From Tubulanus polymorphus (Eukaryota > Animalia > Nemertea), in the NCBI RefSeq assembly GCF_964204645.1, contig NC_134026.1, positions 6,037,950 through 6,101,949 on the forward strand: a stretch of 64,000 nucleotides of DNA. Reading direction: 5' to 3'. The stretch's first letter is position 1; every line of letters begins with the position of its first letter. The position numbers were made by a program, and so were the translations under genes. The notes under the pieces are model-generated. The model saw only the letters and a list, made by a program, of their open reading frames with translations, searched no databases and had not been told where the DNA came from. Below are positions 1-13,000 of this stretch, piece by piece.

Positions 1-1
1 G

Positions 2-638
2 CAGACGAGAAAGTGTGAAGAATTCCGACACGGACACCACGTAAAACAGGATTGTAATTTATGTCTGTGCATCGATGGGACGATGTCTTGCGTGCAGCGC
101 ATCTTCCCCAACTGTCGTAAGTATTCGAAAACATTTTTCGAAGTGTTGCACCCAGCTTCATGTGAATTTCTTTATGTTTTATTCAAGTTAGAATTATTGT
201 ATTTTCAACTCTGAACCCCGATCCGAAATTCAAAGTTTAGCTCAGACATGTAGAATCGGCTCCAGGTTTAGCCTAGTTAACTTTGAGGTTTTTGAAGTCT
301 GATCGTCTTAATGTCTAAATTATAAGTGGAACGATCTCCGTAAAAATGAACTGTGTCGTCACATCGTCTGAAAAATAATCTACAAGCTTACTCTTACTGC
401 CATGTATTCAAAACTGACTCCAATTTTACTATATTTACTTTCAGTCGAATCTTCTAACTTAGGTGAAAATATCGTGAACTATAATTTCTCAATACTCGAA
501 GAAAGAATGGATTTCTATCGGATTTATGATTTCACCGAAAATAGCTCACCGATTGCGCAAGTGTCGATGGACTATCGAACTATGGTTTTTTTCATAGTAC
601 CTTTTCACGGGTTACTAAAATGTCTTATGCACCGTTGA
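2..638 (+). CDS. 3' end of EGF-CFC family gene (Cripto/Cryptic/one-eyed pinhead-like Nodal co-receptor); last two coding exons (<2..116, 445..638)
   Basis: Frame from base 2 reads QTRKCEEFRHGHHVKQDCNLCLCIDGTMSCVQRIFPNC, i.e. C-x12-C-x2-C-x-C-x2-G-x3-C-x7-C with H and F..C, matching CFC-domain spacing. Phase-1 donor GTAAGT at 117 joins in frame to acceptor TTTCAG at 444. The last exon ends in a hydrophobic tail (MVFFIVPFHGLLKCLMHR*), GPI-signal-like. AATAAA at 1076 and 1340. Confidence 0.7.
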
Positions 639-3019
639 CCTGGCATGTTAGAATGATAAATTACTATCGAATGTGAAGAAAATGTTAAGGACATACTGCT
701 GACCACGAATATGATCTCGGAGCGAACGACTTTGTAATTTGTTACTAAAAATGAAGGAAAATAGTAGCAAACTGTGAGATCTGGGGAAGAGCTCAAAAAA
801 GTTACTTATGTTTCAAATACCCGTCGTTGTAAATGTTTGTGTTCTACAAAAACCACAAACATATCGACGAAACAAATCATTGGATCGAAATCTATTTTGG
901 TCAGAAGGGATCGAACCAGCTGTTCCTGGCCAGTTACACAAGACGATAAACACTCGGTGTTATCTGACAAATTACTCCGAGGCCGTCTGCAACTAATTAT
1001 CCATTATCCATCGCGTATTGATTACTTTTAAGATGTTTTCCAAAGTATCGTCCATAAATATTACCAGCAAGTTCTAATAAAACACTGTATATATTTTGAT
1101 AAGATATGTTGCTATTTATGGAATAAGAACATTCCGTAATGCTGTATTTTGCTAAACCGTTTTGTAAGAGTTAATCGTCTGCTATTACAGGATCGGGATA
1201 TTTCTGTATAAAATCGTATCCACCTGAAATTGAATCATTTATAATCTTCTGATATGTGCTAATTAATTGTATCTTTAATGTAACAAATATAGAAATTGAG
1301 AATTTGTATGGGATCTTTTTTTGTATGTATGCTTTCATTAATAAAACGTTGATACCGAGTTTATCAGCTTGATTGCTGTGGTGTGATATGAATTTATCAG
1401 CTTCACGGTCAAGGCTAACTTTATAGTTGGTCTAAGCCTATGTATGTACACCGATCCTACAACATGGGCTTTTGGACGTTCTGGAGACTGCAGCCGAGTC
1501 AGTTTGTGTCGTCAAATTCTGATCAAAGGGTCTTAGAAACATAGATCCTCGTCGTTAGTGGACATCATTGTTACCAGCTGGTTGTTGTATCGGCAGGCAG
1601 GCAGGGGAACTAGCATTTACACCAGCGGTACAGGATTCCATCCGAATATGTCAGTGTGACATCATGCATGATAAAACTTGGGTACACGGGTAAAAATGAC
1701 TGCTTCCACGGCCCTTAATTGTTCAACAAACAGACGCTTAGGGTGCTAGACTTTGTAATGGAAATGTTGACAGTCACGAATCTTTCAATGTTCCTTCCTC
1801 AGTTCTGAATGGAAACGATTTATAACTAACGACGAATAACCCATATTACAGACATTTTCATTTCTTTTTATTTACATTGTACATGGTCTAATTACAGTAC
1901 GTACATAATCGACTAACATGGAAATCGACAGCTATCTTACACTGTGGACCTTATTCCATAGATGAAAATAAGATTTAAATCTAAGAGTCAACATTCGTCT
2001 TCAATACTTTAAACCAGAACAGTGGAACCAAGGTTATGTTCCATTTCTGATTAATTAAATTACATCATTAATGTGATATCCATTTACTAGCACATGATTG
2101 AGTGACTGTAAAGCTATTTATTTTGCACTATTATTGCATCAGAGGGAGATAGAGATTTCATCACCGTTTATGAACACAAAAGGCTCGAAAAAAGAACCGA
2201 TGCTTCGCTTGAGGTATGACACATCCAATCCAAAAATGGATTCGCCCAGTAAATGCAGAGTTGTAGATTCTTTTTTATAAGATTGAAAAAACTTCCAACA
2301 ACACGACAGAAAAAACTGATGGATCTACTTCATACCAGTAGTTAGCTTTTAAGTGCTTGTTTGTCCCTATGCCCATGAATAAAATGGTTACTTAACATTT
2401 GTAAGGGCAAATAATTTTGGATTACAGGGATTGAGCTCTTCCGTTAGTGGTTATGACCATCAGTGCAGTCCTCATTTCACAGGGTTCACAACACTATGGA
2501 CATAGAAATTGCAGAAAATTCAACTATGGTTTCCCGATACAAAGCTACTAATGTTTTTAACTTCAAAGGCAGCGTTTCAGTCGGTACAATTGTTTGACGT
2601 GGATCACCATACCAGCGATAATTCAAACCAGTGCGTAATGAAATAGACACGAAATGTAAAACTTCAAACATTTTGAGATTTCCGAGATCAGCATAACTAG
2701 TCAGACTCTCCTATTTGTGCAATGCAAGAATCCTGAATCTGTCGGAAACTCTAAAACACTGAAACTTTCGTTAATACCCTTGTTTTCCTTACAGATCCAT
2801 CAAAACCCAACGCTATGGTTTCAATCCGCCCCTAAGCGATCGATTATCCACGGAAGTTAAGTAATGTGCTCGCGATGTACCGTACAACTTATTTTTTTTG
2901 GCGTTTTGCTCTTTTGTTTTTTTTCTCTTCACACGACACACACGTATTCGATTATTCTAAAACACCGCAACCTCTAATACTGTTACGCGATGACAAATAT
3001 ACGTCTAAACGTTCGCGCG

Positions 3020-6000
3020 TCACTTCATATCGAGAATCATCGACGACGGATTCTCCAAGTACAATTTCATCAAGTTCGAGAAACGAGACATCGTCGCCCC
3101 GTCGATGACTCGATGGTCCGCCGACCAGCTTATCTGCATCACGTGCGCTTTGTAGACTTCGCCGCGTTCGTTGAAACGCGGCAACGCCTGCAAGAAAATT
3201 GGCATAATTCGTGTACTCATTATTCAAACTGTTATAGCAGTGAGAAGATGAACACTGTCTTTTTTGTCTGGTAGAATAAATATTTCTTGTGACCTGAAAA
3301 TACTTAATAGAAAACTGTACTCGGCGTATAAGTCGAGGTCAATAATTTAGTGGTAAAATCAAGGATTAAAAACTCGACTTATACGCTGGTTTTACGATAA
3401 ATAAATTCAAATGCTCGGCGATCCGAGGGGGGAAGAACTGTTGTGAGTTTACATTCAGCTGAAGAGGGTTCAGAACAAACATTTTGATACTGATAACCAG
3501 TTCAAAATCTATGATTCGTTCAATTCCACATAATTGACGCGATACCCAACACGACCCCTGGTCTGTTAGATATCGACATCTGAAAATCAAACTAGAACCA
3601 AAAACTGCGGAACTAAGGTCCAAGAGTTATGTCCACTAAAATTGAATTCAGAGAACCAACACCCCATTGCGCGTTCCTCTTATTAAAGGCTAGGATGGAA
3701 TCTCATTTGATTAAATGCAAACTAAAAACTACATCAATTAACACTTTCATCTTCAACTCACATCAACACTAAAAATGGTTATTGGGACAGATGGACATTA
3801 CCAATCATGAATTTATAACCTTATGTCAGGCAATGGGATCTGATGAAGACAATAGCACTTGTAAAGTAACCCTGGGGTTATTTACTCGTTATGGCACATC
3901 ACCTTAATCCAATAGCTTTCTCAAGTGATTAATGCCCTTAAGGGAAAAAAAGAGGACAAAGAGCTATGAACTGACCTGGATTTTACCGAGAGCACCTATT
4001 GCAACTTCAGGTGGCAGTATCATTGGTTTTGCATAAGTTCCACCGATCTACAAAACATACATAAAAATCAAGTATTTTGAATGATTCAAAACATGTCTTT
4101 CATAATATGACTTGGACTGACGGAATAAAATTTGCTGGATTGGCTTGGATTATAGTGACCAAGCCCTCGAGCTATCGTAGTCAGTGCCATATACGTTCGT
4201 AAATTTCTCTCAAGTTGTTGGTACCCTAGAGGATTATCTAGATCCTTTAGCGAAACTGAATTCAGAAATCCGAATTGCATCGTTATGAGTATTGGAAGTC
4301 TGTATCAGATCACACCGGTTTTCTTGACTTACACTTCCAATGTTCGACAGCGTAAAGGTTCCACCAGTCAGGTCACTCTGTCCTAATTTCCCAGCTAACC
4401 CGAGGTGATGAAGACGATTTAGTTCAGCAGCAATTTCCAGCACACTTCGAGACTCGACGTTTTTAACGTTTGGCACCAATAATCCATCACTCGTATCCAT
4501 GGCAATGCCAATATTATGGGCAGCCTAAAACATGGATACAAATCGTTTTAGTTTTCAAAATTGTTCTTGGTTAGCCTCTGTTCATATGTATTCCATTTCC
4601 ATTAAGCGCGCTCTCCACAACAGGTGTTAGAGGGCTGGCCACCCATTTCATTTTTACATCCACCCCTCTGAAAATCAGCTACCCCTTATAAAATATCTGC
4701 TGCCCCTACCAGAGTGGATGTCAATATTTCATCAATGCTGATAATGGCTTTGAAATATATTGAGCTAACGTTGACAAATAGAAGATTACACCAAAATTAC
4801 CGAGTGAGCTTAATTTTTTTGTCTTTTCTAGGCGAACGAAAGCCTTGTTACCTCAGCACTGACAATGTCATACCCATAACATTGAATGCAGCCCCTTTAA
4901 AATACCAGCATATGGAGAACACAGGAATTGAACGTATGAATGAATATATTTTCAAGGGGGTAAGATGGCAGTTACTATTTTGCTATTCATGTAGATACCA
5001 AGCAAACTAATTAGTATTTCACTCAATTTGGAACCAATTTGGAATAACAGGAACATCCATAAGTGGCTATGTTCGTTATATTCATATTCAAATCTTTTTA
5101 GTTATACCTTACCTTATAGGTGATATTATCACAATTTGCGTCAGTATGAGCATTCAATGTCGGGAACTGATGCAATGCTAATGAAGCAGCCTACAAAAAT
5201 TGATAAATCAATATTTGAATTTACACATGTTTTTGAACAGGGCCTGACTGCACAATATAGTCACTTAGAAAAAAGGATTTGAGCTCATAGTAGCCAATCT
5301 CAAAACATTTTAATTCATAAACAATATGATGCCGGTAATTGTGAATTGAGACTAAGTACCTTCATAACGACTGGCATGTATGAAAACTTGATACCCCTTT
5401 CTTCGGCGATTTGCTTCAGTTTTGCTCTCAATTCCACTAGAGCCGTCATATCAAATTCATCGCAATAACCAAAATGCGGAATAGCTTGAGCCATGGTCAT
5501 CGTTTTAGTCATCGCTTTTTTTATGCCTTTCAACTGCTCCTTGCGATCTTGTCCAGCGAGGATTATCGTCGGTTGAACGATCTTTGGAGGAGCCGTCGGC
5601 GGAGCGGGGGCTGCTGCTGCCGCTGGAGATGCAGCTGGCGCAGGAACTACTATTTCTACGAGAATAAAAATCTACCCACTGAATTATTTGGCTACAGTTT
5701 TACAAGACAAGTACTCAAAAACTATCCAATCGAAAATGTGCGGGGTTACAAGAAGGAAATCAGACATTTTTTACAGAATGATTCCCTTTTAACAACAACT
5801 CAATGACGGAGCTCTTTGCTTCTACAGAGCGCACAAAGTTCTTCTTAAAACTTAGCTTAGCGGCCATTGGCAGTATCCCAATGTTTTGTGTAAGCAGAGA
5901 ATAACAATCAATATCATTGACACTGTTCGATAATACATAAACTTTTTCTGCACTTTATCCACCCACTACCTCCTTCCTTTCTCTAGCGCAAAATTCGATT

Positions 6001-9000
6001 AAGAATTCAAATGAATAAATACCTGGCGTCGGCGGCTTTGGCGTCGAAATTTCACCAATGTGACGCAATACATCTTCTTTCAAAATTCGTCCATCTCTAC
6101 CAGTACCCGTTATTTCTCCTAAATCAACCTGAAATTCGAAAAGATAAAGCCCTATTGTATCAACAAATACCTACCAGTAATCTATCAACAAAAAAAAAAA
6201 AAGAAGCAGATCAAGCATTAGAATAATTTTTTGATGTATTAAAAACCGCTACAGCAATGTTTATATACATTGATTCCTAGTATATGTTATTCAAGGAGTT
6301 TTGTGTAAATCGACGAGCACTACGACCTCAATATTGATGTTTCAAAATATCAATTACACTTGTGAATTTTGGCGTTTATTTTGTATTGAACATATTTCAT
6401 GAGTCTTATTTTATATTTCTTACTCGATGCTCCTTGCTTAGACGTCTAACTGCCGGCGTAGCAAGCACTTTTTGTCCTTTAATGATCTGCGTCGTATGTC
6501 GAGCATCGTGAGAACCAATTTCTACGCCTTGTTCAAAGTCCTCCTCCTTGACATTTGGATCTACAAAATTCACCCTATACCAGTTACACAGGATTTCGTC
6601 ACCTCGTCTAATGCAAAGTAGATGTTTTTATCACGTTTGTATTTTCCAGCATTTCTCGAGCTTTGAAAGCAAGAAAATGTTTTTAGATCAAAATGTGTAG
6701 GGCATGTAGACTTTTGAGAGGGAAAGTGAAATTCTAGATATCCATGTCTTTTGGGAAAGTGGTTTTTATTTCTATTTCTTAGATCGGACCCTGCCATGTT
6801 AAAAGCACGCCTGCTGTACTACAGTATACAACACACATACAATGAATTCACTTAGTACTGTCTGCTATTACGTAGTAGCTGAAGTCACAACTGCAAGCCA
6901 CCGGTCTTTAATTACCCGAATCTGCAGCTTCCGTCGAGATGTCGACCAATGGTTTACCGACGAACGCGATGTCGTCAACGTCATAGTGAAGTTTCTTGAC
7001 AACCCCGTCGTAACGACTCGTGATCGTCACCGACGCCTTGTCGCTCTGCACCTCGCATATACTGTCGAACTGAGATACCGTATCTCCTTCTGATACATAC
7101 CTATAAATAATCAAAACAGATGAGTGCCTGAGAACTACGCTACACTCGAGTTACTGCGGTGAATGTCAAAGGATATGCCACAAAAGTTTCAGAATTCAAA
7201 TACATGAAATAGTTGAAAATAGTCGAGACTAATCCCTTTCATTTTTAGATATCTTTAATGAAATGGACTATTTCCAGTCTTGGTGAATGCCATTGAAACC
7301 CACGATATCCATTCAAACAACTGTAGATAAACGAAGAAGTCCCACGATAGAATTTCATACCGGTATGATAAAATCTATTGGAAATGAAACCACTTGGCTG
7401 TAGATTAGCAGCCATCATCAGGTGAAAAAATAGACTATGACAATTTACACACGAGAATCAAACCTAGACAATTTCAATAATGAGATGAATCATCCATTGC
7501 AGACATGTAGACCAACTTTGACAGTGTATCTATCATTATGGTAATCTGCATAATCTGTATTGACTGATGCTGCCTGTCATTAATTTGTGAACCATCTTCC
7601 TATACATTAATTGTCAGGTTTTTTCCTGAAAACCATGTTTCACTCATTGAATGAAGACTGGACGTACCGGTATGCAATACCTGGTACGTGTTTATTTCAT
7701 TGTCTAGGCTGGTTCGGCAGGGTATAAATATTAACAAGTGACGTTTTTCTCAATACTACTGAAAATGGACTTAACCCCCTTTTGTCAGTGGAGGGGAGAT
7801 ATCGGAGCAGCACTTTGTTGTACTCACCATTCTTTGATTACAACTTCTCTGATACCTTCACCGATATCTGACAAATTAAACTGCACGACTTGACTGTTCG
7901 AACCTAAGGAACAAAAAATCACATCATGCTAAGTTGATGGCAGAAGATTTCACACACTCAGGGTCGAGAAAAATTCTTTTTTTCTGATTTCTCCGAGTAC
8001 AGTTCCATGAGCCCGAATTCCACCAAAAATCACATAAAGGAGTAGGTTACCTTCATTTGAGTTTAATTCAATAAAATCTTCACAATCTTCTTAATTTTTT
8101 TTTCAGCAGTCCCTTCAAGACTTTAAGAATGTGGAATTGACTTGAATAACAAGAATTGTTCTATAGTTCCCCAATCCCTTTCATTTTTAGATATCTATAT
8201 TAATGATGAAATACATTTTCTATTCCTTATTTGAAATACATTTTCTATTCCTTATTTTTTTCCTTTCAGAAATCCATACTCCAAATAATTAAAAAAGAAG
8301 GCCTGATTATCGGGAAGCAGTCTCTTGAACTTAGGAACCAGCATGCGACACGATTTGTGTACATTCCGCAGGGTTTTTTCTGTTCTAATTTGTGAACATT
8401 TTGAGCAATCTTTTCCAAAGATTGCAGGTCAGTTCGAGTAATTCCAAGGACGAATTCCAGATTTGTAAGAAGTCATGCGTGTTAATGCATCAATTAAGGT
8501 CTGTAGAAGGATTTCTAGAGTCTAGTACAGTTATCTTCTTTGATGTTTCTTGTTAGGATCTTCGGGGTTTTTTTTTCAATACAGAAACTACTCTTAGATG
8601 AGGTTGATTCATATCAAATGATCATTTACTACATCTGTTGAATTATTAAAACTATAAATGGCAGTGTGAGTTGTTGATAGGAAAAAGATAATTTATGGGA
8701 AATAGGATCAAAATTACTGACCTGGTGTAGTATGGAATTGTTTTAGCTGGTAGGGGTTATCAATGGAGGGCCGAGTCACAGGTAGTCTCCTTACAGGCTG
8801 GATTGGCACTCCGGAAGACTGTTGTCTGTTGACCTGGCATAAATATTCCCCAGCGATAGCAACACTTCTCTTATGATTCTGTCAATGAAAATGATTCAAT
8901 CTGTGAGCTAGAGACTAAAGCCTAAAGGCACTTTTGTGAATCTGATCCAAGCCAGGGACCCTGCTGATGATAGAGTTGGCTTTTTTACCTTTGAAGCCAG

Positions 9001-9683
9001 GTAGTGATGTCAAAAATTAAAAAGGTGAGAGGGATAATCAAACAGAAATATAGGGACTATCAGCATCGGGAAAATTGCGCGAGTTCAACCTGTTTACATC
9101 ATCTATTGGGAGCAACTGTAGTTTAGGCGTCCCTAATGGTTATGTACTAAACCTAACCATAACACTATTCTTTAGTAACACTAGTGCTACATAGTGGAAA
9201 GGTGACCAAAACTGCAGTGAGACCATATACTGATTTAATTTTTTATTTGTGGCAGGATCTGGGGCGTACTCTTTTATGACCTCCGAAGTGGCTCCACACA
9301 AAATCCGAATCGCACCACCTCGTCCTCGACAGTAAGGAGGTTTCGGAGACTCCAAAAAGTCACATGACCAATAAAAGAGTACGATTGGAGGCAAACGGAT
9401 TCTCCGATCTGATAAAAGAGTTCGCCCCTGAAGAGGCAAATTTTTTCATATGTTAAAATCCCAGTAGGTGGCGCTCTAGCAGCCCATCCGTCGCTATCTA
9501 CACTGTTGTAACAGGCGATTAAGACAAAATTATTTGACAAAAAATCTAAAATCAGCCACAATAAGGTATCTTAGTTACGAAATTCATTTTTGGCACATTA
9601 AAATCCAACAGTCATAAACTCACTGCGCGGAAAATTGCACTTTTTAACGCAGAGCTGAGATTTCTGGACACGATGGCCGCCAT
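3020..9683 (-). CDS. DBT: Dihydrolipoamide branched-chain transacylase E2 (BCKDH E2), 11 coding exons
   Basis: Exons approx. 9624-9683, 8721-8877, 7828-7903, 6915-7100, 6424-6560, 6023-6128, 5360-5655, 5113-5190, 4333-4524, 3976-4047, 3020-3187, with GT-AG ends. Lipoyl domain ([10 protein letters not shown]...[18 protein letters not shown]), E3-binding domain (LATPAVRR...[13 protein letters not shown]) and catalytic [10 protein letters not shown] motif; mitochondrial-presequence-like N-terminus. Confidence 0.97.
9461..9474 (+). promoter_or_regulatory. CTCF-type motif in DBT intron 1, next to the shared promoter
   Basis: CCAGTAGGTGGCGC matches the CTCF core consensus CCASYAGRKGGCRS; binding is not shown. 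Confidence 0.5.
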
Positions 9684-10021
9684 ATTGCCTCCAATCACTG
9701 GAACCGGCCACGGAACAAAGTCTGCCCTATCCCTTACTGAAATTTGCAACAAATAAACGTTCAACCCAAACGCTTATTGAATCAATAGATACATGCATAT
9801 GAGTTCTCAAAGTGTGCGAAATTTCATCTTCGTAAAACGTGCATTTTATATGTTATTTTTTGCAGATCTAGACTTTGTTCCGTGGCGTCCCAGACACCGG
9901 TGATAAACCGGGTGAGGGCGCCACTGTAGTATTCTGTCTGGGCACTGAATAAAATACGTTGTGACATTCTGGCTGTCTAAAGGTTCATTTTACCGTCGCA
10001 ATTAGTTTTTTACACACCACA
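9684..10021. promoter_or_regulatory. Bidirectional DBT/RTCA promoter region (338 bp between start codons) containing a 17-bp inverted repeat
   Basis: Divergent ATGs at 9683 (-) and 10022 (+). GCCACGGAACAAAGTCT at 9707-9723 and its exact reverse complement at 9870-9886. Confidence 0.8.
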
Positions 10022-13000
10022 ATGGCTTCAGCCGATGGTCTGATAGATTTAGATGGCAGCGTTCTGGAAGGAGTAAGTATCAGTTTGATTATTTACGTTC
10101 GCAATGTGTATGTATTTTTTTTAAAGTGAAAGTAGATCTCGCTCTTCTCCCTGATCATCTTCCCCAGCCCAATTCATCCTCCCTTAATCCTTGTTGATTA
10201 GAAAAGTGACCAGCCTTATTTTTGCACTAGGTGACTTTTGGTATGATCAAACTTCTAGGTCCTACTCTTATTAGATGATCACTTACTGATGACCTTTGAT
10301 GAGAAGACTTGTAGAAGAATGTAGAATGTATGTAGTACGGGGACCTGTGTTAACCGGGTATAGAATGAATATGAGACGAGTAGTACTTGGTTAACTATTT
10401 TATTTGACAAGCGACCTTTGACTCCGTAGCTAATTAAGACATGAAGAAAATCGTCTTTTTTAGCAAGTCTGGAATGAAATCAATAAGAAATTCAGCGTTG
10501 TTCTGTATAAGGATAATCGGCTGTGACAATGCATATATGACGCAATAAGAGGAAATAATAGTGTTAATATATAAATCAAAGAATTCCTTATGTACTTTGT
10601 TTTCTAGGATATAAAATTGTAATTCTGGAGAAATGAGAAATGTGTGGTTAAAAAGAGTGATTCGGATATTTTGCCTTTATATGATAGGTTTATCCATCTA
10701 TTTTACTTAAGAGGACTCTTTATTAAAAATGAGGGTTAGGTTTATTTACTGATTGTTAATTTCTAAGACGATATACTAAAATTTTTGCTTCAATATTAGA
10801 TTTTATTCAGACATGTTACTTGCATAGGAAAGTGCCATGTTAGCCCATATGAAAATATGATATAGGCTGACATGCCGTAAAACGGAAGCTGTTTGGTTTG
10901 TGATATAATTGTCCGATACCGTTATCCGATGACTGTAATGATCATAACTGACACTCGATGGGGCGAGATTAGATATATCCTGGATGACTGTTTTACTACA
11001 TTTAAATAAGTTGATGTCGAGTAAGACCTATAATTTCCAGATGCTCTGGTTTCGTCATTTACTGTTTCAGTGTGCTAGATTATTTGTTCTATGACAGTGT
11101 AATATCTATAAAGAACAAAGCCTATATTTCGATGTAGAATGGCTCTTTCAATGCAACAGTCACATTGCGTTATGTTAATTAATTGATTGAACGATTGTTA
11201 TTTTCATTTCTGCTCATTTTGCATTTCCACATGTATGTGCTCATCATTAATATCAACTAAGCCTAAGCTTAAGCTTAAAAACCTAAGCCTATTAGGCCTA
11301 ACCTTTATCCGACATTATGAATGGAGGATCCTCTTAGGCATGGAAAGGATCATGACTTTGGAATTGATATATGACTGTTTTGTTTTTAGCCCACTTAAGG
11401 CAAAGCCCCAGCATTAACCTTTTGTCTGTCCGTCGACATAATCTCGTTTTTGGGAAGCTTTAACATGCTTTTGATTTATGGTAGGCCCTATTCGTGTTTG
11501 ATTTATGCGTAGGCCTATGTATCTGCCCTAGAAACATCGACAGCCCATAAGTTAGCCGGATCAGAATCGTGATGGTCGACTATGCAGACTATGCAGACGC
11601 TCTGATCAGTTGTTTTGAGGTTTGGGACAGGATTTATCTTCACAAGAAAAATAATTGGGTCGATTGATTTTTAGCCCTCATGAGACCTTAGCCTCAACAG
11701 ACCATTGCGTTCACTTTTCATTCGTTTGTCTGAAGACAGAATCCAGTTTGAGAAGACGCTTTAGCCTAATGGATTTGGCCCTCCTTTGATCTTTGGGCAT
11801 AATTCCGTGACCCATAGGTTTGCCATTTTTCATTAAAATTTGTTATGGGTATACTATGGGAAGGGATCTAAAACATCAGACAGGGTTTTTTCGATCATTA
11901 GATTTTGATGCGATCGGTGGCCATCTTAGTCTTATCAGTTCTTATGCAAAGAGTTTAAAAAAAGGTTCTTGTTTCATATCTGGAATGTGGTTTTTAAGAA
12001 AAATATCTGCCGGTTTTGTTTAACTTATGGTCTTTTAATGTTTGATAATTGTTCGCACTATCATAGGACATATCTCCATATCTTGTAACCACACTCAATT
12101 GCAAAATTGAAGCTAAAAATGGCATGTTTTACGATTGGTGGCTAGTTTCAAGGTCATTCGTTTTTGTTCACCAGAATATTGAAACAGCCGGATTGTTGAG
12201 TATTTATTGCAAACTACTTCCTAAATGGAAAGGGCATCTCGGGACCCCTAGTTTTCGTATCTAAATTCATCCCTCAATTAAGTTGTCATGCTGCATTTTG
12301 CTACCACAATTATTATATTTTAATGTGTTTGTTTCGTTTAAAATTTCAGCTTTTTATTTCATACTGCTATTATTAAGGTTTATTTTTGCGCTTTAATGAT
12401 TGATAGTCAGTTGTATAATTGAGATATGATTGATGGTCTGTTTTGTTTTGTAGGGAGGACAGATTCTCAGAATTGGCGCGGCGATAACGGCGTTGTTACA
12501 AAAGCCCCTCAGAGTTCAACAGATCCGAGCTGGAAGAAGCAATCCAGGATTAAGGTATCATTTTTTTGACGATTCTTTCTTTAATTCAGTTTTATGAGCC
12601 TGGATCGGTGAAATCAAGACCAGGCTTATTTCCTGAAGCCTATTGCCCGGGCAGATCCAGATAAGGAGCTCGTGTTCCCGTTGCAATTTTCGCGTGTCCT
12701 TTTGAAAATGCAATATTTTTCAGGGCATTCTTTCCCACCCGAAACTAATAAGACAGCAGTCTGCAGTGCAAGATTTAGCTTATATTCCCTAGATGTCCCT
12801 CAAGTGCCTTAAAAAGTATATATGAAAATGCACTGAAATTTTTGAATTTTCCAGACCCTTGTTTTAACTGCGTGGGTACCTAAATTGGCCTTTATCAGTT
12901 TATATGCTCTTCTCATGTCTTTGAGCCCCTGAATGCACCCCTGTATTGGAGTCATGACCCACTACGTAGTCTGTCCTCCATTCAGCATAGCGGACCTAAG

